Source: a virus. From it: 64,000 nt of DNA. Numbering within the stretch: the stretch's first letter is position 1; each line of letters begins with the position of its first letter. Positions 45,305-56,311 of this stretch are shown piece after piece. The position numbers and the translations under genes are program-made. The notes beneath the pieces were generated by a model that did not search any database, was not told the DNA's origin, and saw nothing but the letters and a program-made list of their open reading frames with translations. The stretch is taken from the IMG/VR virus record IMGVR_UViG_3300032286_001864, positions 17,949-81,948 of that record. One strand, 5' to 3'.

Positions 45305-46093
45305 TCAGGCGGCAAGCTGCCTCCGGTTCCTGCTGGTGCCGTAACCGGTGAAGTCGCCTTTGCGGCGGCGCGCGGCGATGGCTTGACCGGCAGCGCTACC
45401 GGCGGGCTGCATGCCGTGGCTGAGGTGGCAGAAGTGAATGGGCTCGTCCTGCCAGGCAAGGCAGTCGGTTGTGTCGATCGGCAGGCCCATGCGTTCGGCT
45501 TCGGCGCGGGTGTGCACCACGCGAGCGGTGCGGGGGAAGAGGGGGGCGAGGTAGTCGAACTTGCCGCCCCAGGATGCCACAACTCGCAGATTGCCGGGTA
45601 AGTCAATCACACGCTCGTAGGAGGGAGCAAGCAGGGGCAGGTTCTTGGTGTAGAAGTAGTGAACGAGGTCCTCGGTTTCGCGGCAGGCCTGGAAGATCGA
45701 GTCCCGCAGGACGACCGAGTAGAGGTCACCGCCGACGAACCAGCGGCAATGAGTGCTCTTGTGATCAAGGGCCTGGCCGATGCCAGCGAGCAGTAGGTCG
45801 GTGACCTCGGTGGGGTTGAGGCCGCGGATGATGTCGAAGTTCTTCCAGCGGCTGGCACGCACGTTGGGGCGGAAGTTCTCGATCGAGGCCTCGTGGCAGC
45901 GGAAGGCTTGCTGCGGGCCATCGGAGATCTTGCCGGTTTCCCGGTCTGCCAGGGCCAGGCATTGGAGAGCGCCTGGGCAGGTGTGACCCGATGGCAGCGC
46001 GAAGGTCAAGGTCGAATCGGGGAGCTTGCTGTTGCCGCGACCGAAGAAAGGAATGCCGCGCTGGAAGTGGGCAGCAGTGCGAGAGAGGGTCAT
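45305..46093 (-). CDS. Gp88-like (radical-SAM-related) protein
   Basis: GNSKL, FALPSGHTCPGALQC...C, RWFVGGDLYS, YFYTK. Confidence 0.7.
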   Translation of the reverse strand: MTLSRTAAHFQRGIPFFGRGNSKLPDSTLTFALPSGHTCPGALQCLALADRETGKISDGPQQAFRCHEASIENFRPNVRASRWKNFDIIRGLNPTEVTDLLLAGIGQALDHKSTHCRWFVGGDLYSVVLRDSIFQACRETEDLVHYFYTKNLPLLAPSYERVIDLPGNLRVVASWGGKFDYLAPLFPRTARVVHTRAEAERMGLPIDTTDCLAWQDEPIHFCHLSHGMQPAGSAAGQAIAARRRKGDFTGYGTSRNRRQLAA

Positions 46094-46238
46094 GAGGAGT
46101 TGAGAGGACACAAGAAAGCCCGACTCGCCGCGGCTGCTGCCTGGGCGAATCGGGCGGGTTGTTGAAGCTGAGGATGAGGCCGGGGCTGGCAGTTACCTGC
46201 CGGTCACCCTGGACTCATGGGTTGGCTGGTTGGAGTCT

Positions 46239-48510
46239 TCATCCGAGCGGGTAGGGTTCAGGTTCGTCTTGGTCGTTGTCCCGCGTTTCGTAGGTGTAAG
46301 CGGCGCGGTGCCACTCGCCGTAGTCGGGGTCTTCAGGCTTGGGATAGCCGTCGAGTTCCCAGGCTTCAGCGGTGATGCGATCGCCGGAGGTATCGTGGTC
46401 GTGAGTGAGCCAAGTACCAAGCTCGGTGAACTCCCAGCCGGCGCTGCAGCGGATTCGGTAGATCCGATCGAACTCGGCCTGGGCGGCCTCAACCTGGGAG
46501 AGAAGTTCGTACCAGTTGGGATGTCGCCTAAGCTGGAGCAAATCGAAAGCGGGATCAGGCATCGGCCTCAGAGTAAAGGTTGGGTGGAGTAAGCCAGGCA
46601 TCAGGTGGAACGCGCGCGCCACAGCGGATGGCGCAAGAGAGCGCCTCGTGGTTGTGTTCGTCGAGAGTGCAGTAGATCTTGCCGTTGGCGAGAATGGCCC
46701 CTTGGCCGCCGTGGTACCAGCGATGGCCGGCACCAGTGAGATGGCAGAAGAAGTCGTGTTGCGTGCGGTTGGGGAAGACGAGAGGGACGTAGCCCTTCTC
46801 CCTTCGCCCAAGTTCGCCGGGGTAGTCGATCATTGCGCTTCGTTGGCAACGCGATCCATGTCAAGGAACATCCAGGAGTTGTTAGCCCATGCGTCGGTGT
46901 AGGGCTGAGTGTCGTGATCTCGATTCCAGATGATGTGGGTGATTGTCGTGCCATCTACGTCGACATGGGAGACATCGCAGAGAGTGACGCCGATTTCCCT
47001 GTGAGTAATCACTTGGAAATGTGCTAAGTCAGCAGCATTGACGATGTCGTAGCTCGGCTCTGCGCCCTCTTCGGGGAGGTAGGTGTAACCGAAAGCAAGG
47101 ATAGAGGGATGATGGTTCATGGATGCTCGTGGGTGTTGTCGTAATGGGCGATGGAGTCAGTCATGGGTACTCTTCGTCGCAGTCAAGAGCAGCCGATCGA
47201 TCGCTGCCAGCAGATGTTCTTCGCGCTGCTGCAGGAACTCAATCTCGCGGCGATGCTGTTGTTCGAGGCGAAAGTTTGCCTTACTGATTGCAGCAATGGC
47301 CGCAAAAGTCTGTGAACGAGAGGCGGCAGAACCCGAGGGGTAGGCGCGAGCGTTGTCGACCAAGGTAAGTGGATAGCCATGCACGAGGTTGTCATGAAGC
47401 ATTGGATTCACCGGCCGCTGCCGAGGCAAAAGGAACTGAAATAGCGCTTGAAGCATGGCGAGATTTCAGATACGCCGCAGAGCGACGAGCATCTTGCTTG
47501 GACTGAAGGTGCTCTATGAGCTCGTCCAGTGAGTCAAGAAAGCTGTTGTACTCGAGATTTTCATCGTGAGTAACAAGCAAGCGAAGGCTTTGGGCGTGGG
47601 CCTCAAGTCGATCAACACGGGTCATGAGTTGTCACCGGCTGCTGCCGGAGCTGTTGTGGGCGAAGTAGTAAGCGGAAATCCATACTTGGGCCTGGACGTA
47701 GGCGCCGAGGCCGTCCTCGGTGAGATCGACAGTATCGGTCTCAGGGTCAATAAGCAGGTTGGGGTGCAAGCGTTGTGCAAGCTGGATGTAGTCCTGAGGA
47801 GTAGGGTTCATTTGTCATTCACCGGCTGCTGCCGGGGCGGGCGGGACGAGCTCGAAGTAGGCGCCGATGGGGAACTCAGGAGCTGGCCAAGGACCACCCC
47901 AGTGGCCCACGATGAATCGAAGGCTGCTGCCGATCACGCGCACATGGCCAAGTTCGTCGATAACGGCGGGCAGTCCTTCGGTCTCGACGGCCTTATAGAC
48001 GTGGCCGAGCCTGAACATGCGGCCTTTGTAACGATCACTTAGGCGAACGCATTTGTAATGAGTCATGATTACTCACCGGCTGCTGCCGGGGCGGAGGATG
48101 AGCGGCAGGGAACGCGGAGGCCTACTGCCCAGACGAACCGCCGCACGGATGCGGCGATCCTGACGGAGGTACTTGGCGCGGTCGTGCGCCAAGCGACGGG
48201 CAGCTGTGCCAGATGCGTCATCACTTTTGCATTGATAGACCTCGTCTAGCCGCCAGTCGGAGACATCGGACCAGTCGCATTCAGCGGAGAAGTCCTCGCA
48301 CTCCCAGACGGTGTAGACAGGGTTCGGGTTGGGCTCAAGGTCCGTAGCGGAGACAAAGACTTCGGCCTGGACCCAGTAACCGCCGTCGTGGTCGTCAAGC
48401 GTGTAGCTGATGTCGTCGGGGTCGAGGGGGTCGGGGGGAGGTAGTCGAACTTCCGCGTTGTTGTATTCGTGCTGGACGCACTCGCGGATGCGTTGGCTAA
48501 GCGTGGTCAT
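46239..48510 (-). other. Array of small early genes (46239-46562, 46555-46833, 46830-47120, 47157-~47402, 47392-47625, 47632-47811, 47815-48066, 48073-48510)
   Basis: Tightly packed - strand ORFs; 47632-47811 (59 aa) is below the ORF cutoff. Confidence 0.65.
47408..48094 (-). repeat. Four copies of CCGGCAGCAGCCGGTGA at gene ends
   Basis: + strand TCACCGGCTGCTGCCGG at 47632, 47819 and 48073; variant at 47408. Confidence 0.85.
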
Positions 48511-49073
48511 GAGGTAGACGCTGAGGGAACAGAAGATCCCACCAGCTCAGCCCACTTGATCTGGCGGGCGTTGAGCCGGAGGTAGTTGTTGAGCAGCAGG
48601 CCCTTGCGGCCCAGGTCTGCGGTGACGGTGTAGGTGGCTTCGTAGCCGGGGAAGCGCTCGTCATCGAGGCGGATCTTCTGACCGACAGCGGGCCGTGGCC
48701 GCTTGCGCTGCTGCTTGAGTGCATCGTGATGCTCGCGGACCCAGTGGCGCCAGCTCTTGCCACTGCCGGCGTGGTTGCGGTTACAACCCTGGGGCTCCGG
48801 CGCTTGCTTAAGGAACTTGAGTGGGCAGCTGTGGTAGTAGGGGCCGCAGGATTCGTCCATGTCCTTGTAGCCCCAGCAGCCGTCGTGGCACTCGAGCAAG
48901 AAGAGAAGGATGAAGGGCTCTTGTCCCCCCGGCTGGGCCAGGGCCCAGAGGCAGTTGCCCCGAAGTGAATGGTCCAGCAAAGTGCAGGTGGAGCTTGATG
49001 TGAAGTTGCGCGCCAAGAGTTCCTTGACGTAGTTCGCCTTGGAGGTCGGGTGAGTGTCGAATAGCCAGCCCAT
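48507..49073 (-). CDS. DUF6927-like protein
   Basis: MGWLF...WGYKDMDESCGPYYHSCP..L...WR..VR. Confidence 0.7.
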   Translation of the reverse strand: MGWLFDTHPTSKANYVKELLARNFTSSSTCTLLDHSLRGNCLWALAQPGGQEPFILLFLLECHDGCWGYKDMDESCGPYYHSCPLKFLKQAPEPQGCNRNHAGSGKSWRHWVREHHDALKQQRKRPRPAVGQKIRLDDERFPGYEATYTVTADLGRKGLLLNNYLRLNARQIKWAELVGSSVPSASTS

Positions 49074-49077
49074 GGGT

Positions 49078-52000
49078 TCAGAGAGGAGAGGATTCAGAAG
49101 GTGCGTCGGCATGGAAGTCGTCGCCGATGGCGCGGCCCGTATCGCGCACCATGTCAGCCACTGCTTCTATGTGGTCGGAGCTCCACTGCTCGTTGTCGAG
49201 TAACGAGGCAACAGCGTCGAGAGCCCGGGACTCTTTGCTGTCAGGTGGCGACCAAGCTTCAAGGTCGATGCCGTAGATGTCGGCCAGCTCGCAACGGTCG
49301 GTGTCGCTGCCTTCGTCGAGCATCGACTCTTCGAGGCCTTCGGGAAGGTCATCAAGTTCAATCAGCACGGCGTGTGCTGCGTTGAAGAACGTCCCGGACG
49401 TGCAGTCCAGGACGACATAGCGGGAAAGGTCCATGAGGGGGGAAAGGAACGATGAGGGAGGAACTAGAGCAGGTAACCGTCAACGATGATCGGTGAATCA
49501 GATGACGCAAACGCCGTGACAATGACGCCGTCAGTGAGCGGCTGGTCAGCAGTGATGTTGTCAAGTTGCACCCGCCGCAAGGTTTCTTCGTCGTCGGATT
49601 CCAGCGCGACGGAAATCATCTCGGCGCGGTAGTCTTCCTCGGCTTGCGTCTTGGTGCACCGCTCTGGCGTTGCGTAGAGAGTGTCGTCACCGTCGTAGGG
49701 GATACGGCCACTGACGAGCCAGTAGAGAAGGGGTTCTTCAGGCATGAGGAGGAGGGGATTCAGTGAAGTGCTTGATCGGCAGTGGACACTTGCCGCTGGG
49801 CCTGACAGCCACGAAGGCGCAGGGGTAGGTGTTGCGCAGGTGGCGGGCGTAGGTGTGCGCGTGGAGGCGTGCGCCCTTGCCGTCGGGGTCGTCATCACAG
49901 GTGAAAGACTGGTCGAAGGTCCAGACCCAGTTGTCGCCAAGGAAGGTGCCACCCGGAGCTGGCCCGAGATCCTCCTGCTCCCCAATCCAGACGTCGTAAG
50001 TCGGACCGGGAACGGGTTCGAGTTCGTCGTCACGCACGAAGATCAGTGCCTTGACCCAGGCGCCGTCAATGACGTCGCTGTCTTCGATGATGTCGAGAAC
50101 ATCGACGTCATCGTCACCAGCGAACTTGCCCCGGGCGGCCTTGATGTACTTGGTGTAGCGGTCGTAGTCAATCATTCAAACATCTCACGGGTTCGAGTTC
50201 GTCGTCATGCACGAAGACTCGGGCGTTGACCCAGGCGCCGAGAACGTCGTCGCAGGCTTCAACGTCAGCGTTGTTGTGAATGACGACGTCGTTGTCGCCA
50301 GGGAACTTGCCCTGGGCGGCCTTGATGTAGCGGTCGTGGTCGTAGTCAGTCATCAGTTCTGTGCCTCGATTTCGAGTTCGTTGTCGCCAGCAAAGCCGCT
50401 CATCTCGAACTCAAGTTCTTCGGCGATGGACTCGGCTGGGCAAGGGAACATTGCCGCGAGGCGGGCTGAATGATTGGTGCTGGAGGAAGAAGCCTTGCTC
50501 GTGCAAGGCCGGTGAAGAGGTTGCAGGTAAATGTGGTTTTCGACGCGCAGAGCCTTGGCTGCTCGCTGGATGGCTTGCTCAAGGTAGGTGCTTTCCTCTG
50601 AAGTGAGTTCACCGCGCTCATCGCGCAGCTCCAACTCAGTGAAGGCACCGTCAATGACGGCCCAGCGAAGCTCGCTTTTCCGTGCGCGAGTAAGAAAGTT
50701 GATCATTCGAACATCTCATCGAAGCCAGCCTTATCTACGTCGAAACGCTGGACCGCTACGACGTTGCCCGCCTGGTCGTCCGTGTCGTCGTCGCTCTCGT
50801 CGTCATCGAGGTCGAAGTCACCGCTGTCGATGCGGTTGACGACCCACTCCCAGTAGCCCAGGCGGGTGTCTTCGTTGGCGACTTCTTCGGCCCAGGCGCC
50901 GACTTCGTGCTGGGGGTGCTCACCCCAGGCGCCGCCGAAGTGAGCGGCAAGATCAAGGGCTTCAAGAGCGAGGCTGACCTGCTCCTTGACCGCTGTGATG
51001 GTGAATTGGATGCTCATGATTCAGGAGCTGCAGTGGTTGGTGGATTGATCCGCGGTGCCGTGCAGTAGCGCAGCAGCCGCTTGTCGGCCTTGATCGTGGG
51101 CCGAAGCACGAGACTGTCATCGGCCCAGTGGTCGTCAAAGGCTTGAGCGAATGCCCTGCGGCACTGCTCGCCCCAGTGGGAACGCCCAGCATTCGGGTCC
51201 TTGACAACTATCCGATCGTGAACCTTGTGCCAGTCGGGGGCGAGCAGGTCGGCCAGGTCGGAGAAAGCTCCCATGGCGGACCACCAGAGGCTGGAAAGGT
51301 TGCACGTATCGAGCGTGCCGACGTAGTCGGTCATCGGCCGAAGCTTGATGAGGGCGTAAGCGGGGTCGATGGCCTCCGAGCGATCCCACCAGAAGCAAAC
51401 GTCGTTGTTGCCGGGGTCGACAACCGCCAGGCGCATGCGCCAATTGGCGGTGCTGTGGTCCTTCCTGTAGCGCTCCATCAGTGGGATGAACGCCGTGGCC
51501 AGGCCGGCGTCGTGAACGATTGTCTGCACCAGGTCAACCCTGGGCAAGCTGTGAAAGTCGGAGAGAGAATGATGCTCAAGTAGACTGGCCTTGAGCTTGG
51601 TTGCTTGTGCTTTGTTGATGGGCATCAGAGGGGAAGATTGAGTTTGGTTTCCAGACGTAGGCGACTTGATAGGACTCGACGTCGAGTGGCATCACCGGCA
51701 GTCCCGTGAAGCGATGAAAGGCGACAAGGGCAGAGCTGTTACTGCCGCCGATGTGCCAGTCGTATGGACCCTGAGGGGTAGAAGTCAGCTTCCAGTCGTA
51801 GACGTGGAAGGTGGTGCCGTCGTTGCAACGGAAGGCCCACTCGACGGTGACCTTGTCGCCGCGGTGAGTGTGCGGCTGCCCCAACAGGACGACGAGGTTG
51901 TCGTAGGTCGTGTGGCAGTAACCCTTGAGGCAGCCGTTGGGATGAGGTGCTTTGCCGAGGACGGCTAGGTGGTGGAGCTTGGGGTCGCTGATTTCAACCC

Positions 52001-53125
52001 ATTCGACGTGGCTGGTGCAGTTGACGCTGTAGTCCTCGATTCCGTAACGCTCGAGAGGCGAGTCACCGACAAGCTCGCGTAACATGTGGTCGTGGTTCCA
52101 TTCACCAGGAGCGGTGAAAAAGGATTCGTAGGTTATGCGAACAGTGAGCGTGATCTCACTGCAGCGAACTCCGGGTTCGGGGTAGTGGTCGATGGATTTG
52201 GTTTCCATTGCAAGGAGTGGATGATGGTTAAGCAAACAAGTTCATGGCTGCTGCGCCACCCAGAACTCGTGGAGTTCAGCGACGTCACGAATGGCTGCCG
52301 ATGCTTCCGGGTGGTCGGGCCCCCCCTGCTGGTTCCAGAAAACTGAGAACGGGCACTGTCGGAGCCAGTCAACGAACTGCGCAGGCGTGTAGCCGAGTTG
52401 GACGAGGACCATCTCTGCCTGGTCGCGGGAGAGGTAGCCACCATCGTCGGCTTGCTCGATGATTGGCCGCCAGAGGTCGACTTCGGGTAGCAATTCAATG
52501 GAATCGAGAATGGTTTCCTTGGGCGTGCGGATGCGGAAGGGCGCCCGGCCTTTTTCGTGATTGACGGCGGTCATGCTGGCTGCGGTAACGGGTCGAAGTA
52601 GCCGTCTCTCACCATTTCGTCGTGATAGAAATCCCGAAGCTGATCCCAATCGTGCTCACCGGCGAGGCGATGAACCTCGGATAGCAGTCGGTCGCGGTCC
52701 CATTCCTCTGAAACGCTCTTGAGCCAGGCGTAGGGATGCGACCAGCGGTATTGGTCAGGGATGACCGGGCAAATCTTGCCCTCCCATTGGCCGGCAAACT
52801 TGCGGGTGATCGCTTCCAGCATCCAGTAGATAGTGCTGCAGTTGGAGGCACGCCAGTCCTGGACGATCTCCTCGGGCTCGTTGCCCAGGACGATCGAGAG
52901 CGTGGCTGTTTTCCCGTCCAGCGTGATCTTCAGGGTGGACGTATCGACAGCAGTGATAGCTGCGGCTGCCTGTTGGCGGATCGATAAATAGTCGCCGGCA
53001 TGTTCGGGCGACGGCAGTTGCGTGGTATCTCCGCCGTCGTCAACCCAAAGCAAGCGGGCGCCGCCCTCTTCGGTGAGCAGGCGCAGTAAGTCGAGGACCA
53101 CGGGGGTCCAGTTGTTACGGGGCAT
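49078..53125 (-). other. Array of acidic small early genes (49078-49434, 49464-49745, 49738-50175, 50168-50353, 50353-50706, 50703-51017, 51014-51625, 51576-52208, 52242-52574, 52571-53125)
   Basis: Coupled ORFs, D/E-rich, no recognisable enzyme motifs. Confidence 0.65.
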
Positions 53126-53137
53126 GACGAGCAAGGG

Positions 53138-53524
53138 TTACAAGGGAGTAGGTTCAGAGTCGACAGGAAGGACTTCGCTGAGTCGGCTGTGCAGCAGGCG
53201 CGCCGGCTTACTGGCCCAGCGCGGACAGTGGAGCAGTTCGAGGTAGTGCTCAAGCGTTGGCACGAAGCCGAGGTCTTCGAGGATGTGCTGATGCGCTAGC
53301 AGGGAGGTCGGGACTTGGCGCCCTTTGCTGTTGGTGATGGTGTCGCCGAACAGCGCGATGGCATCTTGGATGCCCTGGGTGTGATGAGCGAGCATCCGAT
53401 GCAGCAGCCGGTCGGTGCCGACGCGACCTCGGTCCATCCACTGATGGAACTTGTGATAGTCCTCAGGCGCGCCGCCGAAAGCATTGGCGCTGCTGACGGC
53501 GTGGTAGTGGTAGTGAGACATCAA
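53138..53524 (-). CDS. DUF6915-like protein
   Basis: HAVSSA..FGG.PEDY...H.WMD...HR...HH..GI...FG.TITNS.GR.VP...HI.EDLG. Confidence 0.75.
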   Translation of the reverse strand: MMSHYHYHAVSSANAFGGAPEDYHKFHQWMDRGRVGTDRLLHRMLAHHTQGIQDAIALFGDTITNSKGRQVPTSLLAHQHILEDLGFVPTLEHYLELLHCPRWASKPARLLHSRLSEVLPVDSEPTPL

Positions 53525-54072
53525 TAGGTGTAGGAGGTATCGGTTGTCGACTCGTAGCGTTCGCTGTGCTCAAGGTTGACCCGGATCTCATCGGAGTCGC
53601 CGTCAGTGGAGACAGAGACGGTGCCGAAACCGCCTTCGTTGATCTCAAAACCAGGGTTTTCGCCGTAGGCGATGTCCCAACCAATGCGGTCTAGAGCGTC
53701 TGCGATGTTTTCATTGCGGAGCTCTTCGTCGTGAACCCACTCGCGGCGCTCGTTGCACCAGTGCCCCTTACGAGCTGTGTGGCCACAGGCGATTTCGTCG
53801 GGAAGAACCTCCGAGTCGTCAACCTCTAGGTTGGTCGAGTGCGTCCAAACATTGCAGTTTGAGCCAAAGCGAGTTGATTCGACCTGGCCGCTATCACCGC
53901 AACCGTTGTAGCTGATCTCGATGCGCTGCAGGTCGGGGTACTTGGTGCGCAAGTAGGCAAAGATTGCCCGCAACTGCAAGACACATTGGTCTTTTTCGGA
54001 GCTCAGGTTTTCGTAGTGTTGCTGAATCTGTTTGGCAATGTCGAGATACTGAGTGGCGTTGGTTTCGGTCAT
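53521..54072 (-). CDS. DUF6878-like protein
   Basis: ISYNGCGDSGQVE...GFEINEGGFG; commonly paired with DUF6915. Confidence 0.75.
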   Translation of the reverse strand: MTETNATQYLDIAKQIQQHYENLSSEKDQCVLQLRAIFAYLRTKYPDLQRIEISYNGCGDSGQVESTRFGSNCNVWTHSTNLEVDDSEVLPDEIACGHTARKGHWCNERREWVHDEELRNENIADALDRIGWDIAYGENPGFEINEGGFGTVSVSTDGDSDEIRVNLEHSERYESTTDTSYTY

Positions 54073-54128
54073 GGAAGGAGGAGGTTAGGGAACAGGGAGG
54101 ACAAGCAACCCCACCCAGCAACACAGGC

Positions 54129-54145
54129 ATGTGCACTGCTGAGTG
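54129..54145 (-). promoter_or_regulatory. 17-bp conserved element CACTCAGCAGTGCACAT (copy 1 of 3)
   Basis: Identical copies at 58584 and 61007; all intergenic and upstream of - strand genes. Confidence 0.7.
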
Positions 54146-54162
54146 GGGCCAAAAACAAATCA

Positions 54163-54315
54163 GAGACTGCGAGGTATGCCCGCCAGGGCAACGAGCGTCA
54201 GCAGGGCGGCGGCGGGGAGAGAGGCCGGCCACCAAAGGAGTAGCGACGCAATGGCGAGGTATAAGAGGAGTAGAGCGAGGGCGACACGAAACGCCAGTGG
54301 ATTGAAGTCGTTCAT
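54163..54315 (-). CDS. 50-aa membrane protein
   Basis: MNDFNPLAFRVALALLLLYLAIASLLLWWPASLPAAALTLVALAGIPRSL; CTGTTCCCT leader. Confidence 0.6.
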
Positions 54316-54348
54316 GCCAGGAGAGAGCTAGGGAACAGAGAGGGGAGA

Positions 54349-54621
54349 TCAGGAGTGAAGAACGTGATGGAGGTGCTTGAAGTCAGTGGTATGAGCGATC
54401 ATGGCCAGGTCGTGCAGCTCGCTACCGAGATCTTCGATGGAAGCGAGCGCGTCTGGCCCATAAGAGTCCTCATCTTCGATGCTACAAAGAAGACTGAGGA
54501 GTTCTTCGCCAATACCCTTGACTCGGCGCGCTTTGCGTCGCAAGCGATTGACGTAGACCTTGGTGGCTTTGTCAGTGTCGAGCTGGGTCGCGTAAAGGCC
54601 CGGGGTCACATAGTCGTTCAT
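54349..54621 (-). CDS. Hypothetical protein
   Basis: TAATG-coupled 90-aa ORF. Confidence 0.6.
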   Translation of the reverse strand: MNDYVTPGLYATQLDTDKATKVYVNRLRRKARRVKGIGEELLSLLCSIEDEDSYGPDALASIEDLGSELHDLAMIAHTTDFKHLHHVLHS

Positions 54622-54913
54622 TACTTGGCAGGGGGTAGGTTTCGCTTGAGGACGGCAAGGCTGCGCTCGATGCGATCGATCTGATCGATCATTGCTGCTC
54701 GCCTGAGTCGTTCGGCGCGGTTATCGTCGGGTGTCTTGGCGACTGCCTCGCCGACCAGTTGCTCCCGAGTGGAGTAACGAGTACCGCACCGGCGGCAGAA
54801 GCAGCGGCGATAGATTGAACCGCCGCTACGGGGCCGCGACTCGATGACGCCGCGCTCGATCGAGCCGCAGTCGGGACAGGGCGTCCCGACTGCGGCATAG
54901 CGCTGGCACTCAT
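54621..54913 (-). pseudogene. NrdR-like zinc-ribbon gene frameshifted by a 14-nt hairpin-forming insertion
   Basis: Removing GCAGTCGGGACGCC restores MSASAMPCPDCGSIERGVIESRP...IYRRCFCRRCGTRYSTRE. Confidence 0.7.
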
Positions 54914-56253
54914 GCGACGAAGAGTCCTGCGAGTAGCCGGGTGACGACTCTGGAGAAGATCTCGCCTTCGGCGCGCTCGTGGCTGACTTCGCCATCGCCG
55001 CCGAAGTCGTGAGCAACCTCGTGAACCAGCGTACGCAGAAAGGAGGGCAGGGACTCAAGAGTGCGCCGGGCGACCAGGATCTGGTGCCCGGATTCTTCTT
55101 GGCTGAAGCGATGCAGGCCCAGGACTTCGTCGGACTGGAAGTCGACAATGCTGAGGCGGGGCGCCACGGGTGTGATACCCATGGCGTTGAGCGTCGGAGT
55201 AATGGCATCGAGGGCGTCCCGGTAGATGGCGCGCTCGTTGAACTTGAGATTGTTGAGGCCATAGGTGGCCGTGATCTCGTTCCTGTTCTGCTCCCGTAGA
55301 GACTTGAGGCTCAGCGTCGGATGGTCATCGAGGAAGGCGCAGGTCGCGCTGCTGGCGATGATGCCGACTCGGCCGTAGTGACCAGCTTCGGTGGCGCCGG
55401 CCCGGTCGCGCACTGGCACGGCGGAAGCGCCATGGATTGCGGTCCAGGCTTCGCCAACGCTCTCGATACCAAAGTGCGGGCAATAGCGATCGCCGGTTGC
55501 TTTGGCATCCAGCGTGGCTGATTGCAGCATCGCTAGGAACTCGGTGGGAGAGATTTCACCGTTGGTGAGGGCATTGGTCCAGGCGGTGCCGGCGTAGTAG
55601 TCGAAGTCGAACGAGTTCATGACTCGCCTGTCGCGGTCAGTGCGGACGCCCTCCTTGAAGTTGTAACCGGCGTAGAGGTCAGGCTTCTCCTCCACGAGGA
55701 TCCCCTTGACATAGCAAAGGCCACGCTCGTTGGGGTCGGTGAGGATCTGGGTGCCGGCGACTTCAATCGATTTGATAGCTGGCTTGAGGTCGATGAACGA
55801 GCTCTGCCACCGGCCCCATTCCTCCTTGGAGCATTGGACTTGGACAGAGAAGGAGCCAAGGGGTGTGGCTCGCTTCCGGGTGGTCACAGTGAGGACCTGT
55901 TGCCTCGGGAAAACCTTGGAGTCTTCGAGGGTGCAGATCCAGTCCTCGTCGTCGTTGACGATGCGCAGCTTGCGCCCGGCGCGGACTAGGGCCAGGGCAC
56001 CGAGCTTGAGTCCTTCGCCGAAGTGGCCGCGGGCGTCAGTGCCTGCCTTGCTGGTTGTGCCCATCAGCCAGACGGAGCGCTCAAGCCGTACGCCGAAGTT
56101 GGCGATGGTGAGTGTGCCGCCGCTGTAGGCGATGTGCATGGGATGCCCGGCGTCGCGACCATCGAGAGCGTTTTGAATCGCTTCTCGCACACCTTCGTAG
56201 GCGTGCCAGTCGCTGACGTAGTCGGAGCTGATGGTCAGTTGGAATTTGGCCAT
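54910..56253 (-). CDS. GHKL-type ATPase with C-terminal HExxH motif
   Basis: WHAYEGVREAIQNALD, MGTTSK, GHFGEGLKLG, TLVHEVAH. Confidence 0.8.
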   Translation of the reverse strand: MAKFQLTISSDYVSDWHAYEGVREAIQNALDGRDAGHPMHIAYSGGTLTIANFGVRLERSVWLMGTTSKAGTDARGHFGEGLKLGALALVRAGRKLRIVNDDEDWICTLEDSKVFPRQQVLTVTTRKRATPLGSFSVQVQCSKEEWGRWQSSFIDLKPAIKSIEVAGTQILTDPNERGLCYVKGILVEEKPDLYAGYNFKEGVRTDRDRRVMNSFDFDYYAGTAWTNALTNGEISPTEFLAMLQSATLDAKATGDRYCPHFGIESVGEAWTAIHGASAVPVRDRAGATEAGHYGRVGIIASSATCAFLDDHPTLSLKSLREQNRNEITATYGLNNLKFNERAIYRDALDAITPTLNAMGITPVAPRLSIVDFQSDEVLGLHRFSQEESGHQILVARRTLESLPSFLRTLVHEVAHDFGGDGEVSHERAEGEIFSRVVTRLLAGLFVA

Positions 56254-56311
56254 GAGATGAGATTGAGGGAACAGAGAGAAGAGGCCCCGCACGAAGCAGG
56301 GCCGAGCCCAA

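Noticed and set aside
47408-48094. CRISPR array
   Set aside because: The repeats are only ~17 bp, the spacing is 190-250 bp and the intervening sequences are complete ORFs; no cas operon is present.
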